From NCBI GenBank assembly GCA_016219965.1, contig JACRJM010000002.1:48233-112232 (forward strand): DNA of 64,000 nt, given 5' to 3'. Of the stretch, positions 52,643 through 62,821 are shown in pieces (position 1 is the stretch's first letter; every line of letters starts with the position of its first letter). The position numbers and the translations under genes are program-made. The notes under the pieces are model-generated. The model was not told the origin of the DNA. It searched no databases and was given only the letters and a program-made list of their open reading frames with translations. The DNA comes from Candidatus Schekmanbacteria bacterium (GTDB lineage: Bacteria > Schekmanbacteria > GWA2-38-11 > J061).

Positions 52643-53702
52643 TAATTATCTCCTTTGCCGAGCTTGCGACCTTATTCATTTCTATCTTTTTAAGAGCCGG
52701 ATAGATGGGAATTGATAAAGCCTCGCGGTAAAGCTTTTCTGCTCCGAGGTAATTTTTATTGTCCAGTCCGAGGTATCTATGTAAAGGAAGATAAAGCGGA
52801 AGCTCAGTGTTTACACCCAATCTCTTAAACCGTGCAACAGTATTGATAGCGGTCATCTTGTTAAGCCTTATCACGTATCTGAAGAATACATGTCTTGTCC
52901 CGGATTTTTCTGCCGGATGGAATAAGTTATCAGATTTAATTTTTTGTCTGTAATAGTCTGCGATTGCTCTTCTGCTTTTTATAAAAGACTCTATTTTTAG
53001 AAGTTGGCATCTCCCTATTGCTGCGGCAATGTCAGTCATCTTATAATTAAAGCGTACTTTGTAGTCGTCCCTGTGATCATAGGAGCGAAGGTCATTTACT
53101 TTATCTATTAATTTTCTGTCATTGGAGAGGACCATTCCCCCTTCTGCGGTTGTCATCATCTTTGTTGCATAAAAAGAGAAGATTGATATTTGCCCAATTC
53201 CCCCTGCCTTGCGGTTGCTCTGCTCAGCTCCTATAGCCTGTGCGCAGTCTTCAATCACAGGGACTCCCAATGATGCGATGCCCTTTATATCAGCAGGCGA
53301 GCCGAACATGTGCGGCACGATTATCGCCTTTGTCCTTCTTGTCAGTTTCTTTTTTACATCCTGAAGCATGATATTCCCATCATCGGGAGAAACATCTGCT
53401 ATGACCGGCGTTGCCCCTGTGTAGTTAACTGCATTTAAAAGTGCAGTGCATACAAATGTCGGGATTATCACCTCGTCTCCTGCTTTGATGTTGAGAGCAA
53501 GCAGGGCGAGATGCAATGCCGAAGTCCCGCTGTTTACAGCAGATGCATATTTTACGCTTATGTATTTTTTGAATTCGCTTTCGAATTTTTGAACTTCTTC
53601 CCCTGAAGATAACATTCCGCTTTTTATTACACGGATTGCGGCAGATATCTCATCCTTCCCTAAACAGGGCTTTGAATGAGGAATGGGATTTTTAATTGTC
53701 AT
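52635..53702 (-). CDS. DegT/DnrJ/EryC1/StrS-family aminotransferase
   Basis: 355-aa ORF with SGTSALHLAL and SFYATKMMTTAEGGM (the PLP-binding lysine region). Confidence 0.85.
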   Translation of the reverse strand: MTIKNPIPHSKPCLGKDEISAAIRVIKSGMLSSGEEVQKFESEFKKYISVKYASAVNSGTSALHLALLALNIKAGDEVIIPTFVCTALLNAVNYTGATPVIADVSPDDGNIMLQDVKKKLTRRTKAIIVPHMFGSPADIKGIASLGVPVIEDCAQAIGAEQSNRKAGGIGQISIFSFYATKMMTTAEGGMVLSNDRKLIDKVNDLRSYDHRDDYKVRFNYKMTDIAAAIGRCQLLKIESFIKSRRAIADYYRQKIKSDNLFHPAEKSGTRHVFFRYVIRLNKMTAINTVARFKRLGVNTELPLYLPLHRYLGLDNKNYLGAEKLYREALSIPIYPALKKIEMNKVASSAKEIIIG

Positions 53703-53704
53703 CG

Positions 53705-54325
53705 CTACTCGGTTATGTTTATGAACATCCTTACAGGTACAAAAGCTTCAGCATTTTTTACTCGTCCCTGAACTCCCCTGAAGTTTGCAGATGAAAGGAC
53801 TATGTCAACTATTGAGAGCCCTGATATGTTTGTCCTTTCAACCTGCGATGCGTGGGCTTTTACAAGTGCTACCTTCTCTTCCAGCACTTCATTTATATCT
53901 ATGAATATCGTTGGCTGGAAGCCGTGTGTTGTCGGACCTTCGTAGAAAAGGACATTCTTGGTATAGCGGGCGGCAGATGTCACGGCACTGCTTAAATGCC
54001 TGTGGTCCTGATGAGTGTCATCAGGGTAATGTGTAAAAATAAAAACAGGATTTATGGTTTTAATTATTTTTTCTATTGTCTGAATAGTTTCAAGGTTTGC
54101 ATGAATCTCTGTGTCCTTTGATTTTCCCCAGAACAGTTTTTTTGCTTTAACCAGTTTTGCGGCTTTTTCCTGCTCGGTTTTCCTCAGTTTTTCCGTACCT
54201 CCCTGTTCTCCTTCGGTCATTACAAGAAGGTATATCTCATGTCCTTCTTTCGAGTATTTTGTAAGTGTGCCGCCGCATCCGACTTCAATGTCATCCGGAT
54301 GCGACCCGATAGCAAGGATTCTCAT
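53705..54325 (-). CDS. PIG-L/LmbE-family deacetylase
   Basis: The segments ILAIGSHPDDIEVGCGGT and HQDH are present. Confidence 0.85.
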   Translation of the reverse strand: MRILAIGSHPDDIEVGCGGTLTKYSKEGHEIYLLVMTEGEQGGTEKLRKTEQEKAAKLVKAKKLFWGKSKDTEIHANLETIQTIEKIIKTINPVFIFTHYPDDTHQDHRHLSSAVTSAARYTKNVLFYEGPTTHGFQPTIFIDINEVLEEKVALVKAHASQVERTNISGLSIVDIVLSSANFRGVQGRVKNAEAFVPVRMFINITE

Positions 54326-55011
54326 TTATTTCCTCCTGTCAGAATTGAAAGGCTTTCGCTGCCGCAGTTGAAGAGAAGGTCAACGGCTGAAAGATGGGAA
54401 AGAAAATCATCAAACTTCTGCTTGTAAACAGGGTGCCTGTATTCCTGAAAAATGACTTTTATTCCTGCGTCGCTGTATTTATTCAGGTCCATATAATTTT
54501 TCCCGCCTTCACCGGCAAGGTATGTGTCTGCTTCATACATCCTGCATAAGCTTATAAGCCTTTCATCCGGGTCTTCGGGAAACTCTCCAATTTTTGATGC
54601 TATCATAGTTCTTTTGAATATGCCAAGACAGCTCATCAGCTCTTCTATTAAAGCGATATTGAGAGCGCTTAAATATCCCCACCGGCTTTTTATTATTTTC
54701 TGTATGGAGGCAAAGTATTTTTTAAAAAATGATGTGTTTGAATAGTTAAGTTCCAAAGATGCGATATGTTTTTTCTGCCAATGAGAATTTTCATCAATTG
54801 TTACTTCCATAATCTTCTGGGGGAACCTGTAATGCACCGGCACTGTGAGCCATGCAGGACCGGTGTCTGTCTTTATGCGGTTGCGGTTTTGCCATTCATT
54901 TTTTTTATACTGGACATTGTCAAGAAAAACGAAGATGTCGCTTCTGTAAATCTTTTCAAAATAACCAAGCCAGGGGAGGTACTGAGGCTGGTGTGCTGCA
55001 AGTATCATCAA
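54322..55011 (-). CDS. WbqC-family protein
   Basis: The N-terminus AAHQPQYLPWLGYFEKI is characteristic of WbqC. Confidence 0.8.
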   Translation of the reverse strand: MMILAAHQPQYLPWLGYFEKIYRSDIFVFLDNVQYKKNEWQNRNRIKTDTGPAWLTVPVHYRFPQKIMEVTIDENSHWQKKHIASLELNYSNTSFFKKYFASIQKIIKSRWGYLSALNIALIEELMSCLGIFKRTMIASKIGEFPEDPDERLISLCRMYEADTYLAGEGGKNYMDLNKYSDAGIKVIFQEYRHPVYKQKFDDFLSHLSAVDLLFNCGSESLSILTGGNK

Positions 55012-56582
55012 TTACCTCCGGTTGACCGGGCATAATCAAAAAAAATCGGATTAGACACAATATGGTCACCTTTCCCAGTTTTAATAATGAGCCTGTAATA
55101 TCCCTTTTCTTTTTTGTCGGGTTCGTCTGTAAATTTCTCTGAATATGGCGCCTCTCCTTTGATTTCCCTGATGCGTCTGCCGTTTCTAATCAGCTCAAGG
55201 TTAAACGGGAAAGTGTGCCCGCTTTTTTCGCCTATTTTTATTGATAGCTCGGGATTGCCGGTGAGTTTAACAAGCTCTCCCATCCCGTACCGGGTTTCGC
55301 TCTCCGTATTCCCGATAGTGAAATCTTGAAGGATAACCTTATTCTCCTTTCCATTTCTCCTTGCATAACAATGTCCTTTTCTTATGGCATCAAGGACTGC
55401 GTTTTTGTTCAGAGTGTCCGCGGTATCAATGAGTAATACGGTTTCTACCTCGTCTATCCTTTCATCGCCATTGGCATGGTAGTCAATTCCCCCCACCCCC
55501 CAGACCGGATTTTTTCTTTCACCATTGCAATACTGAAGCAGTATTGTGTCCCATTCTTTTCCTGATTCTATCATTTTTGATTTGTCGCGGTAAAGCGCTT
55601 CAAATCCTGTGTAATCCTGAGATCTTACAAGATCTTCTGCATGCGACGGAGTGTAAATGTTAATGGAGTCAATTTTCCTTTCCTCATAATTTGACTCCGG
55701 ATGCGCCCAGATTGATAGAGCGCCGCTTTTCTCTGCATAATCTATAAGCTCCTGATATGGAAAGAGCTCCGCATCACTGTCATACTGGGAAAACATGGAG
55801 CTTTTGAAAGGATGATAATTTATAGCAAAGAGGATAGAGATAATCATAAAGGCTAATGCAATTTTTCTGAGAGTTCCCTCTCCTTTTAAATATAGTACGA
55901 ACGAAAGTATGAATGCAGCAATGAATGGGAGAAAGCCGGGAAGAAGTTCTTTTATGTAGGATGTTGAGAAACCGTTGTGTATGACCGGCAGTGCTGTATA
56001 TTTTTCCAGTGTGTCAAGTCCAATGATGGTTATATGTTTATGCCAGTTATTTGAGACAAGGGTATCGTTAAAAAAACTTCCGGTCCAGAAATAGTGAGCT
56101 GTTGATTCAACCCCAGGAATGATAATCATGTCATCGTACTTTGAATTTACTCTTTTTATCTCAGAGAGATATTTTGCAGGTCCAATGCTGTTTACGCTTT
56201 TTTGCTCTACGGTTTTTTTAAGTATGTTTCTAAAGGGGGGGATACCGTATTCCATTCTTATAACATCATGGTCGGTAAGGAAGAGAATCTTGTCTCCGGT
56301 GTTTCTTGCTTTTGCAACTACTTCTTCAACTGTTCCATTGCCTGATGAATATACTGTGTGCAGATGAAGAAGGCTGTCAGCCTGAAACTTCTCTGCTGTT
56401 CCTACAGGTGGAAATACGAAAAAAAACAGGATAATAAGAACAACACTGATTAAAGGCTTGGCTGTTCCCTCGGCAGGCACCTGCTGTTCAGTGCCCCCTA
56501 GTGAAATATAGAGGGACTGCCAAGCCTTTAATAATCTATTGTAATTTTTTTTCTTTGAGCACTTCTTCATATAACGATTCAA
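55008..56582 (-). CDS. Membrane-associated PHP-domain protein
   Basis: 524-aa ORF with TM segments. The PHP-type motifs are HLHTVYSSGNG...FLTDHD. Confidence 0.55.
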   Translation of the reverse strand: MNRYMKKCSKKKNYNRLLKAWQSLYISLGGTEQQVPAEGTAKPLISVVLIILFFFVFPPVGTAEKFQADSLLHLHTVYSSGNGTVEEVVAKARNTGDKILFLTDHDVIRMEYGIPPFRNILKKTVEQKSVNSIGPAKYLSEIKRVNSKYDDMIIIPGVESTAHYFWTGSFFNDTLVSNNWHKHITIIGLDTLEKYTALPVIHNGFSTSYIKELLPGFLPFIAAFILSFVLYLKGEGTLRKIALAFMIISILFAINYHPFKSSMFSQYDSDAELFPYQELIDYAEKSGALSIWAHPESNYEERKIDSINIYTPSHAEDLVRSQDYTGFEALYRDKSKMIESGKEWDTILLQYCNGERKNPVWGVGGIDYHANGDERIDEVETVLLIDTADTLNKNAVLDAIRKGHCYARRNGKENKVILQDFTIGNTESETRYGMGELVKLTGNPELSIKIGEKSGHTFPFNLELIRNGRRIREIKGEAPYSEKFTDEPDKKEKGYYRLIIKTGKGDHIVSNPIFFDYARSTGGN

Positions 56583-57726
56583 CCTTTCTTACCATGGAAT
56601 GTGTGTCGTATAGCGCTGCTCTTTCTCTTCCCCTTTCTCCCATAGATGAGCGGAGATTTTTATCAAGATAAAGCCTTTCTATCCTGTCAGCTATTGCTTC
56701 TGCGTTTCCGGGAGGTACTATAAATCCGGTTTCACCCTCAACTACTATTTCACTTATTCCTCCAACATCGGTGCCAACCACGGGAAGGCCTGCTGCCATG
56801 GCTTCCACTATGGCTTTTCCCATTCCTTCATTAAGGGAAGAAAGAACAAAGATGTCTGCACCATTAAGAAAATTTCCTATATCTTCACGCCATCCTGCAA
56901 ATTTAAATCTTTCAGCAGCTCCGGCATTTTTTATTATTTGTTCCAGATTTTCTCTCAGTTCCCCTTCTCCTGCAATAGCGAAGTAGATATCATCATATTT
57001 TTTAGAAAGTATAATACCTGCTTTTATGAAATATTCATAACCTTTAACTCTGCTTAACCTTCCCATACTTGCCGCAACTATTGCGCCAGCAGGCATGGAA
57101 AGTGTTTCTCTCAATGATATATGGGATTTTGGGCATTGGCTGGTTTTATCAGCATCAGTTCTCTGTATTAATCCAATATCCACACCGCTGTGGATCGGTA
57201 TGAATTTATCAGGCTTGGCGACGCCGAAGCGGATATGTTCTTTTTTCCCCCGTTCTGTAAGTGTGATGATCCTGTCTGTGATAAGAGCTGATATCTTTTC
57301 AGCCCATACGAACAACTTTGATACAAGAGGTACGTAATATCCATAAAAAACATGGCCGTGCGGTGTGTGAACTATAACTGGTACCCCAGCCAGCCAGCCA
57401 GCCCATCTCCCCAGTATCCCTGCCTTTGAGCTGTGAGTGTGAAGAATCTGGTAGTTCCCCTTTTTTATGAATGAGTAAATCTGATAAAAAGCTTTTAAAT
57501 CATGGAGAGGACTTATCTTTCTTACCAGATCCGGGATACATGAAAATTCCGATGCTGACTCCTTTGCCTTTTCAAAGTATTTAACGTCAGGAGAGAGCGT
57601 AAGCCCATAGAGAAGTGATGGGGTGTATTTACCCCTGTCAAGGTTCATGACCGTGATTAGCGTGTTCTCTGCTGAGCCTCCCCTGTCAAGCCTTGTTATG
57701 ACATGAAGGACTTTTACCGGTTTCAT
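56536..57726 (-). CDS. Glycosyltransferase family 4
   Basis: The N-terminus is KVLHVITRLDRGGSAE. The segment EGMGKAIVEAMAAGLPVVGTDVGG is present. Confidence 0.85.
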   Translation of the reverse strand: MKPVKVLHVITRLDRGGSAENTLITVMNLDRGKYTPSLLYGLTLSPDVKYFEKAKESASEFSCIPDLVRKISPLHDLKAFYQIYSFIKKGNYQILHTHSSKAGILGRWAGWLAGVPVIVHTPHGHVFYGYYVPLVSKLFVWAEKISALITDRIITLTERGKKEHIRFGVAKPDKFIPIHSGVDIGLIQRTDADKTSQCPKSHISLRETLSMPAGAIVAASMGRLSRVKGYEYFIKAGIILSKKYDDIYFAIAGEGELRENLEQIIKNAGAAERFKFAGWREDIGNFLNGADIFVLSSLNEGMGKAIVEAMAAGLPVVGTDVGGISEIVVEGETGFIVPPGNAEAIADRIERLYLDKNLRSSMGERGRERAALYDTHSMVRKVESLYEEVLKEKKLQ

Positions 57727-58949
57727 AAAAGCTCTCTATAAAGGTCTTCTAGCTCTGCGGCAGTGTTATCCCAGCTATATTTTTCTTCCACCAGTTTTCT
57801 TCCCCGCTTTGCTGTTTCATCATAAACTGCTTTTTCATTTTTAAATATCGAGATCCATTTTACTATTCCCTTTGCCATATCAATACTTCCGGCTGATTCT
57901 AAAATAAGGTCATGGCTTAACTGTCCGAGGATCTCAGGTGTAGCGCCAACTGGAGTTCCGATGACGGGGGTGCCGCATGCGAGTGATTCAACGGTTACAA
58001 GACCGAAGCCTTCTTCAGATTTTGTGGGGAGGATGAAGAAATCAGATCCCCTGTAAAAGTCGGCAAGCGCTTCTTCTTTTACAAACCCTGTAAATCTGAC
58101 ATTTGAGGAGATCCCTTCCCCGATTGCTATTTTTTCAAGCTTTTCCCTTAATGGTCCTTCTCCGCCGATTACAAGGAGGGTATCATTGTGGGTTTTCAAT
58201 ATCTCCTTCATGGAGTAAAGGAGGTTTTCAAGCCCCATCCGCGGTTCCATATTTCTCAGGGTTGATATTATTACTTTGTTTTCAGGACAGGAGAATTTCT
58301 TTCTAATCTCTTTTTTATCTCCGGCGGGATTAAACCTTAAAGTGTCAACTCCTCCCGGCACTATTTTTATTTTAGTTTCTGAGATTTTGCAGAAATCTCT
58401 TATAAGCTTTGATGTATAGGAGCTTAAGGTCCTGACCCTGTCACATCGCAAAAAGTTGAATATCTCAATAAACTTTATAAAAGGAATTGTGACCGCTCTG
58501 TCTGATAATGAGAGGGGTTTATTGGATATGGTTTGGCGTGTCGCATATTCCATATGTCCCAAAGAAAGGCATGTATAAATTTTTGGTATTTTTTTTGCTG
58601 CTTGAAAAATGTTAAGCGCAAATGCAGAAAAAGGCTGATGGAAGTTTATTATGTCCACATCTTTTTTGATTTTGCTAAAGATATCACGCGGTCCTGAAAT
58701 GGTTCTGTAAAGGAAATCTAATGGAGAAGCAGGGTCTGCATAAAAGGTCCGGATTGCAATATCTTTCAGCTTGAATTTTTCTCCGGATTCTTTTTCTTTT
58801 CTTCTCGCAATAAGGGATATCTGGTTTCCTCTTCTTGCAAGGGCCTGTAGCTCTTCGAAGAGGACCCGTTCAGCGCCGCTAAAATGAAAGTCCGCGGAAT
58901 TGTTTTCTAAAGACGGAATGTTTACATCTGAAACTATAAGGATATGCAT
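57723..58949 (-). CDS. Glycosyltransferase family 4
   Basis: The segment EGFGLVTVESLACGTPVIGTPVGATPE is present. The gene overlaps its downstream neighbour by 4 nt. Confidence 0.85.
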   Translation of the reverse strand: MHILIVSDVNIPSLENNSADFHFSGAERVLFEELQALARRGNQISLIARRKEKESGEKFKLKDIAIRTFYADPASPLDFLYRTISGPRDIFSKIKKDVDIINFHQPFSAFALNIFQAAKKIPKIYTCLSLGHMEYATRQTISNKPLSLSDRAVTIPFIKFIEIFNFLRCDRVRTLSSYTSKLIRDFCKISETKIKIVPGGVDTLRFNPAGDKKEIRKKFSCPENKVIISTLRNMEPRMGLENLLYSMKEILKTHNDTLLVIGGEGPLREKLEKIAIGEGISSNVRFTGFVKEEALADFYRGSDFFILPTKSEEGFGLVTVESLACGTPVIGTPVGATPEILGQLSHDLILESAGSIDMAKGIVKWISIFKNEKAVYDETAKRGRKLVEEKYSWDNTAAELEDLYRELL

Positions 58950-58968
58950 TTATTATATTTCCAAGTAC

Positions 58969-60351
58969 TCACATTATCCTGGTGTCTTCAGGAAGTTTGT
59001 TTTCTGTCTTTATGTGCCCGAGCGATATTATAAGACCTGTCACAAGCCAGAATGGCTCCATTATTCTGATTATTATGAAGGTGTTCGCCCCGATGCTGTG
59101 GACTGTGAGTGCAGTCAATCCCGCGATATAGCCCAGCGTAAGTCCTTTATAGCTGTTTGAAGGAAGATTCCTGTATATCCTTATGCTTTCCCTGAAAAGA
59201 TTGAAAAGAAGATTAATGAAAGCTGCGAGACCTATAAGACCTGTTTCGAGCAATGCCCTCACATACTGGGCATCCCTGAATTTATAGCCTGTAATCCCAA
59301 AGCCAAGAAGAGGATGTTTGAGAAAATCGTCAGTGCTTTCTATCCATGTTTTAAGTCTTTCAGATGTCGAAGTATCAAGTTTAATGTTGCCTATCTTGTA
59401 TTGTCCATGCTCCGGTTTCTGGTGAAAAGTGTATTCCAGCCTTTCTGTGACAGGTGTTGGAAGAAAGTAAGGGGTAACAATAATAACAAGAAGAACTGCT
59501 ATGAGTACTATTACTCTTTTTCTTATGGAAATTATGAAAACTATCGCAGCCGGGATAAATGCAAGATAAGAAGTTCTCGAGAGAGTAAACAGAAATGGGA
59601 ATACTATTATCAGTAAAAGACCGGCAGCAAGCACTCTCTCTCTCCTGTATCTTGAAAATAGAAAAACTCCTGCAGACAGAAAAAACATGATTAAAAGATA
59701 ACCGCCAAGGGTATTGGGTTCACCGGTTTCACCTTCAAAGGGGGCACTGACTCTCTTCCCTCCCGGTATCTGGTATATTCCGTAAATGCATATAACGGCG
59801 CATGTGATGAAAACAGCGTGTATGATATGGTTTATATGTTTTGGTTCGTCTATGTTGTTGACCACTATGAAATAGAGAACAAAATATTCGAAATATTTCA
59901 GAACATAGAATACTCCGGTTAGAAACTTCACATCACCTGCAAAGACTCCAAAAAGAGTAGAAATGAAGCAGACGCCGATATAAATAAAAATAGGTTTATT
60001 CAAAGGTGTCCTTGTGATGAGCCCGAGTTCTTTGTGGATTGCAGTCTTGGTAAACCAGATGAGCCCCAGGAGAATAAGCAATATGTCTTCAGCCCTGATG
60101 GTTATGCTTCTGGCTGATTCGGTCTGCGGGCCAAGGGTTCCAAGTGTTATTTCAGGAGACAGTAACATTGAAAATATAACGAGTATAAGTGCGACTTCGT
60201 TGCTGATAAAAGAAACAACAGCTATCAGGATTATCATGGCTATCAAAAAGGATTTTACCGGCACAAGGACAGATATGCCTATGGCTGCGATGAGCGATAT
60301 GGCTATTGTAAATGCTAATGTTATATTAGTGGAACTTATTGCCCGGTTCAT
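58969..60351 (-). CDS. O-antigen ligase / Wzy-like polymerase family membrane protein
   Basis: 460-aa polytopic ORF. A large loop carries SRTSYLAF, typical of the Wzy_C domain. It lies in an EPS context. Confidence 0.65.
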   Translation of the reverse strand: MNRAISSTNITLAFTIAISLIAAIGISVLVPVKSFLIAMIILIAVVSFISNEVALILVIFSMLLSPEITLGTLGPQTESARSITIRAEDILLILLGLIWFTKTAIHKELGLITRTPLNKPIFIYIGVCFISTLFGVFAGDVKFLTGVFYVLKYFEYFVLYFIVVNNIDEPKHINHIIHAVFITCAVICIYGIYQIPGGKRVSAPFEGETGEPNTLGGYLLIMFFLSAGVFLFSRYRRERVLAAGLLLIIVFPFLFTLSRTSYLAFIPAAIVFIISIRKRVIVLIAVLLVIIVTPYFLPTPVTERLEYTFHQKPEHGQYKIGNIKLDTSTSERLKTWIESTDDFLKHPLLGFGITGYKFRDAQYVRALLETGLIGLAAFINLLFNLFRESIRIYRNLPSNSYKGLTLGYIAGLTALTVHSIGANTFIIIRIMEPFWLVTGLIISLGHIKTENKLPEDTRIM

Positions 60352-60391
60352 ATTTTGAGCAAAGGATTTAATCTGTTAAACAGCATTTCTT

Positions 60392-62809
60392 TTATTTTTG
60401 CTGTTGTTGGAGGTATTCGTAAACCTTCCCCTTCGTCCGCACTGATGCACTGCTTATACCGCATCCTTTAAACTGCCAGAACCACCCGAATAGAAGGGAG
60501 AATATGATGAGAGCGAGAATAACGGACTTCCATAAATTTTTCCCGCTTAACTGAACTTTAAGTTTTGTCAGTCCATCTTTTGAGAAAAGATTTTCAACCT
60601 TGCGGGAAAGGTTTTCAAGTCTTGTTTGAAATCCCTTTCCATCTTTTTTATCTTTGTCCTCGGAATACGTCCTGTAACCGAATTTAAAATACTCAGGGTT
60701 GATTTCCGGACGAAGCCCAAGAAGTACTATGCCTATGACGTTTGCCTTTACATTGTCCAGAATTGATTTTGCTCTCTTAAGCCCTGATCTTGCTATTTTC
60801 CCGGCACGGTAAACAAGGAGAACTGAATCTGCCTTTGACCCTAGGATTACTGCGTCAGTTACGGGAAGGACCGGAGGAACGTCGATTATTATAAGATCAT
60901 AGTATTCTTTGACCTCCTTCAATAATTCTTCCAGCTTTTTGGAATTTAAAAACTCCGACGGATTCGGCGGAAGGCTTCCGCAGGTTATTATAGACAGGTT
61001 GTCCAGTCCCGGTGTCTTGAGAAGCTGTTCGAATTCAAGACTGCCGAGCATCATATCAGTCACTGTTTTTACCACGCTCTTCCATGGGCTGTTTCCTATT
61101 ATTATCTCAGTAAGTCCCGGTTCCCTTTCGAGCCCGAACATATGATGAAGTCTGGGCTTTCTTAAATCACCTTCTATGAGTAGTATCTTTTTTCCGAGCT
61201 GTGCCAGAGTTATCGAGAGATTGATAGCTACAGATGTTTTCCCCTCGCCCAGCGAGGCGCTTGTGACTACGATATTCTTATACTCTTTTTCGAGCAGGAG
61301 GAACTGTATGTTTGTCCTCATTGCCCGGTAGCTTTCAGCCAATATTGAATTTGGTACAAAATGGGATATGAGTTTTGAATATAAGTCCGCCGCTTCCTCG
61401 TCCACTGTCCCGCGTTTTACTCCGGCTTCAACTATCTCATCGATTATTGCCTCGTTTTTGACATCCGGTATAAGACCCATTACAGGGACATTGACATAAT
61501 GCTCAAGGTCTTCAATGGTTCCTATTGATGTATCAAGAGTTTCAATAACAAGTGCAGCTACAAATCCAAGTGCAATCCCTATAAGTATTCCGACAAAGGT
61601 TTTTTGAAGTATATTAGACGGATTAATCTCTTCCGGTTCTTCATAGGCAGGCTTGACTATTGAGACCTCATCTACCTTTTCAGCCTCTTTGATCAACGCT
61701 TCCTGATGTTTGGTATTGAGCAGTGTGTAAAGTTCGGTGTTTACATCTACCTCTCTTTTTGCCCTCTGCACCTGCAGGATATCATCCGGTTTCCTCTGAA
61801 GAGACTCTGAAAGGACTTCCGTTCCGCTGAGAAGGACTTTTTTCTTTTCCTGCAGGGTGTATATTTTCTGCTTTATCTGTTTTTTCATCTCCATTATGAT
61901 GCCGGTAAGCTGGGATTTTACCTCCATTACCGCAGGATAATCAGGATTGAACTGCTCTTTAAGGGATTTATATTTCAGGATTGTGGTAAGTAATTCTCTG
62001 TTAAGTTCATAGAGATGAGAATAGTAATCCGGCGTGTACACCCTTCCCAGTTCATCTTCTCCGCCGCCGCTCTTTTCAAGTATGGAAAGCTGGTTCCTGG
62101 AATCAGCAAGATCAGCATCAATCTTCTGTATCTCTTCATTGAAAAGGTATTTTTCTTTTACTATGTTATCAAATGAAGTTGCGCCTTCATTTAAGATGCC
62201 GGTTTGCTGTTGAAGCCCTTTTAAGTTTTCCTCGGAGTCATGCAGTTTCTTCTCAACTATCTCTAGCTGGGATTCTATGAATTTCCTGGTCTCAATTACC
62301 TGAGAGTTCCTTTCCTTGCTGCTTTCTTCCCTGTAAACCTGCACAATAGTATTGGCTAAAAGTGTTGCCTCGGCAGGATCTATAGACTTCACAGATACAT
62401 TGATGATGTTCGTGTCTTCACTCTGTTTTGCCTCTACGTTTTTCTGAAGTTCTGAAATGATGTTAACAAGTTTTGGGTTATTCCTTATCTGCTCGGAGTT
62501 TAAATTTTCAGGAATGCGGTTAAGCCTTTGCATTGTTTTTTCCATTATGGGATAACTCGTGATGACCACTGACTGGGTTGCAATGTTGTCCCATGTTGAC
62601 CATGAAACTACTTCGGTTAAAAGTCCGGTGAGGCTTGTTGACCTTTCGACTTTAACGCTTGCAACCGCCTTGTAGACCGGCGCCGGTTTCTGGATAAGGC
62701 TTATAAGAAATGTGAATATGGTTACAATGATTGCAATCGATGCGATTACGAATCTTCTTTTTCTTATGACACGCCAGTAATCTCTAAGATCAAGTTCGTA
62801 CTGAGGCAT
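60392..62809 (-). CDS. Polysaccharide co-polymerase / tyrosine autokinase (Wzc/GumC-like)
   Basis: 805-aa ORF. It has an N-terminal Wzz-type domain with a long coiled coil, and a C-terminal P-loop kinase domain (SASLGEGKTSVAINL, IIIDVPPVLPVTDA). Confidence 0.85.
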   Translation of the reverse strand: MPQYELDLRDYWRVIRKRRFVIASIAIIVTIFTFLISLIQKPAPVYKAVASVKVERSTSLTGLLTEVVSWSTWDNIATQSVVITSYPIMEKTMQRLNRIPENLNSEQIRNNPKLVNIISELQKNVEAKQSEDTNIINVSVKSIDPAEATLLANTIVQVYREESSKERNSQVIETRKFIESQLEIVEKKLHDSEENLKGLQQQTGILNEGATSFDNIVKEKYLFNEEIQKIDADLADSRNQLSILEKSGGGEDELGRVYTPDYYSHLYELNRELLTTILKYKSLKEQFNPDYPAVMEVKSQLTGIIMEMKKQIKQKIYTLQEKKKVLLSGTEVLSESLQRKPDDILQVQRAKREVDVNTELYTLLNTKHQEALIKEAEKVDEVSIVKPAYEEPEEINPSNILQKTFVGILIGIALGFVAALVIETLDTSIGTIEDLEHYVNVPVMGLIPDVKNEAIIDEIVEAGVKRGTVDEEAADLYSKLISHFVPNSILAESYRAMRTNIQFLLLEKEYKNIVVTSASLGEGKTSVAINLSITLAQLGKKILLIEGDLRKPRLHHMFGLEREPGLTEIIIGNSPWKSVVKTVTDMMLGSLEFEQLLKTPGLDNLSIITCGSLPPNPSEFLNSKKLEELLKEVKEYYDLIIIDVPPVLPVTDAVILGSKADSVLLVYRAGKIARSGLKRAKSILDNVKANVIGIVLLGLRPEINPEYFKFGYRTYSEDKDKKDGKGFQTRLENLSRKVENLFSKDGLTKLKVQLSGKNLWKSVILALIIFSLLFGWFWQFKGCGISSASVRTKGKVYEYLQQQQK

Positions 62810-62821
62810 TAAGTTTCCCTG

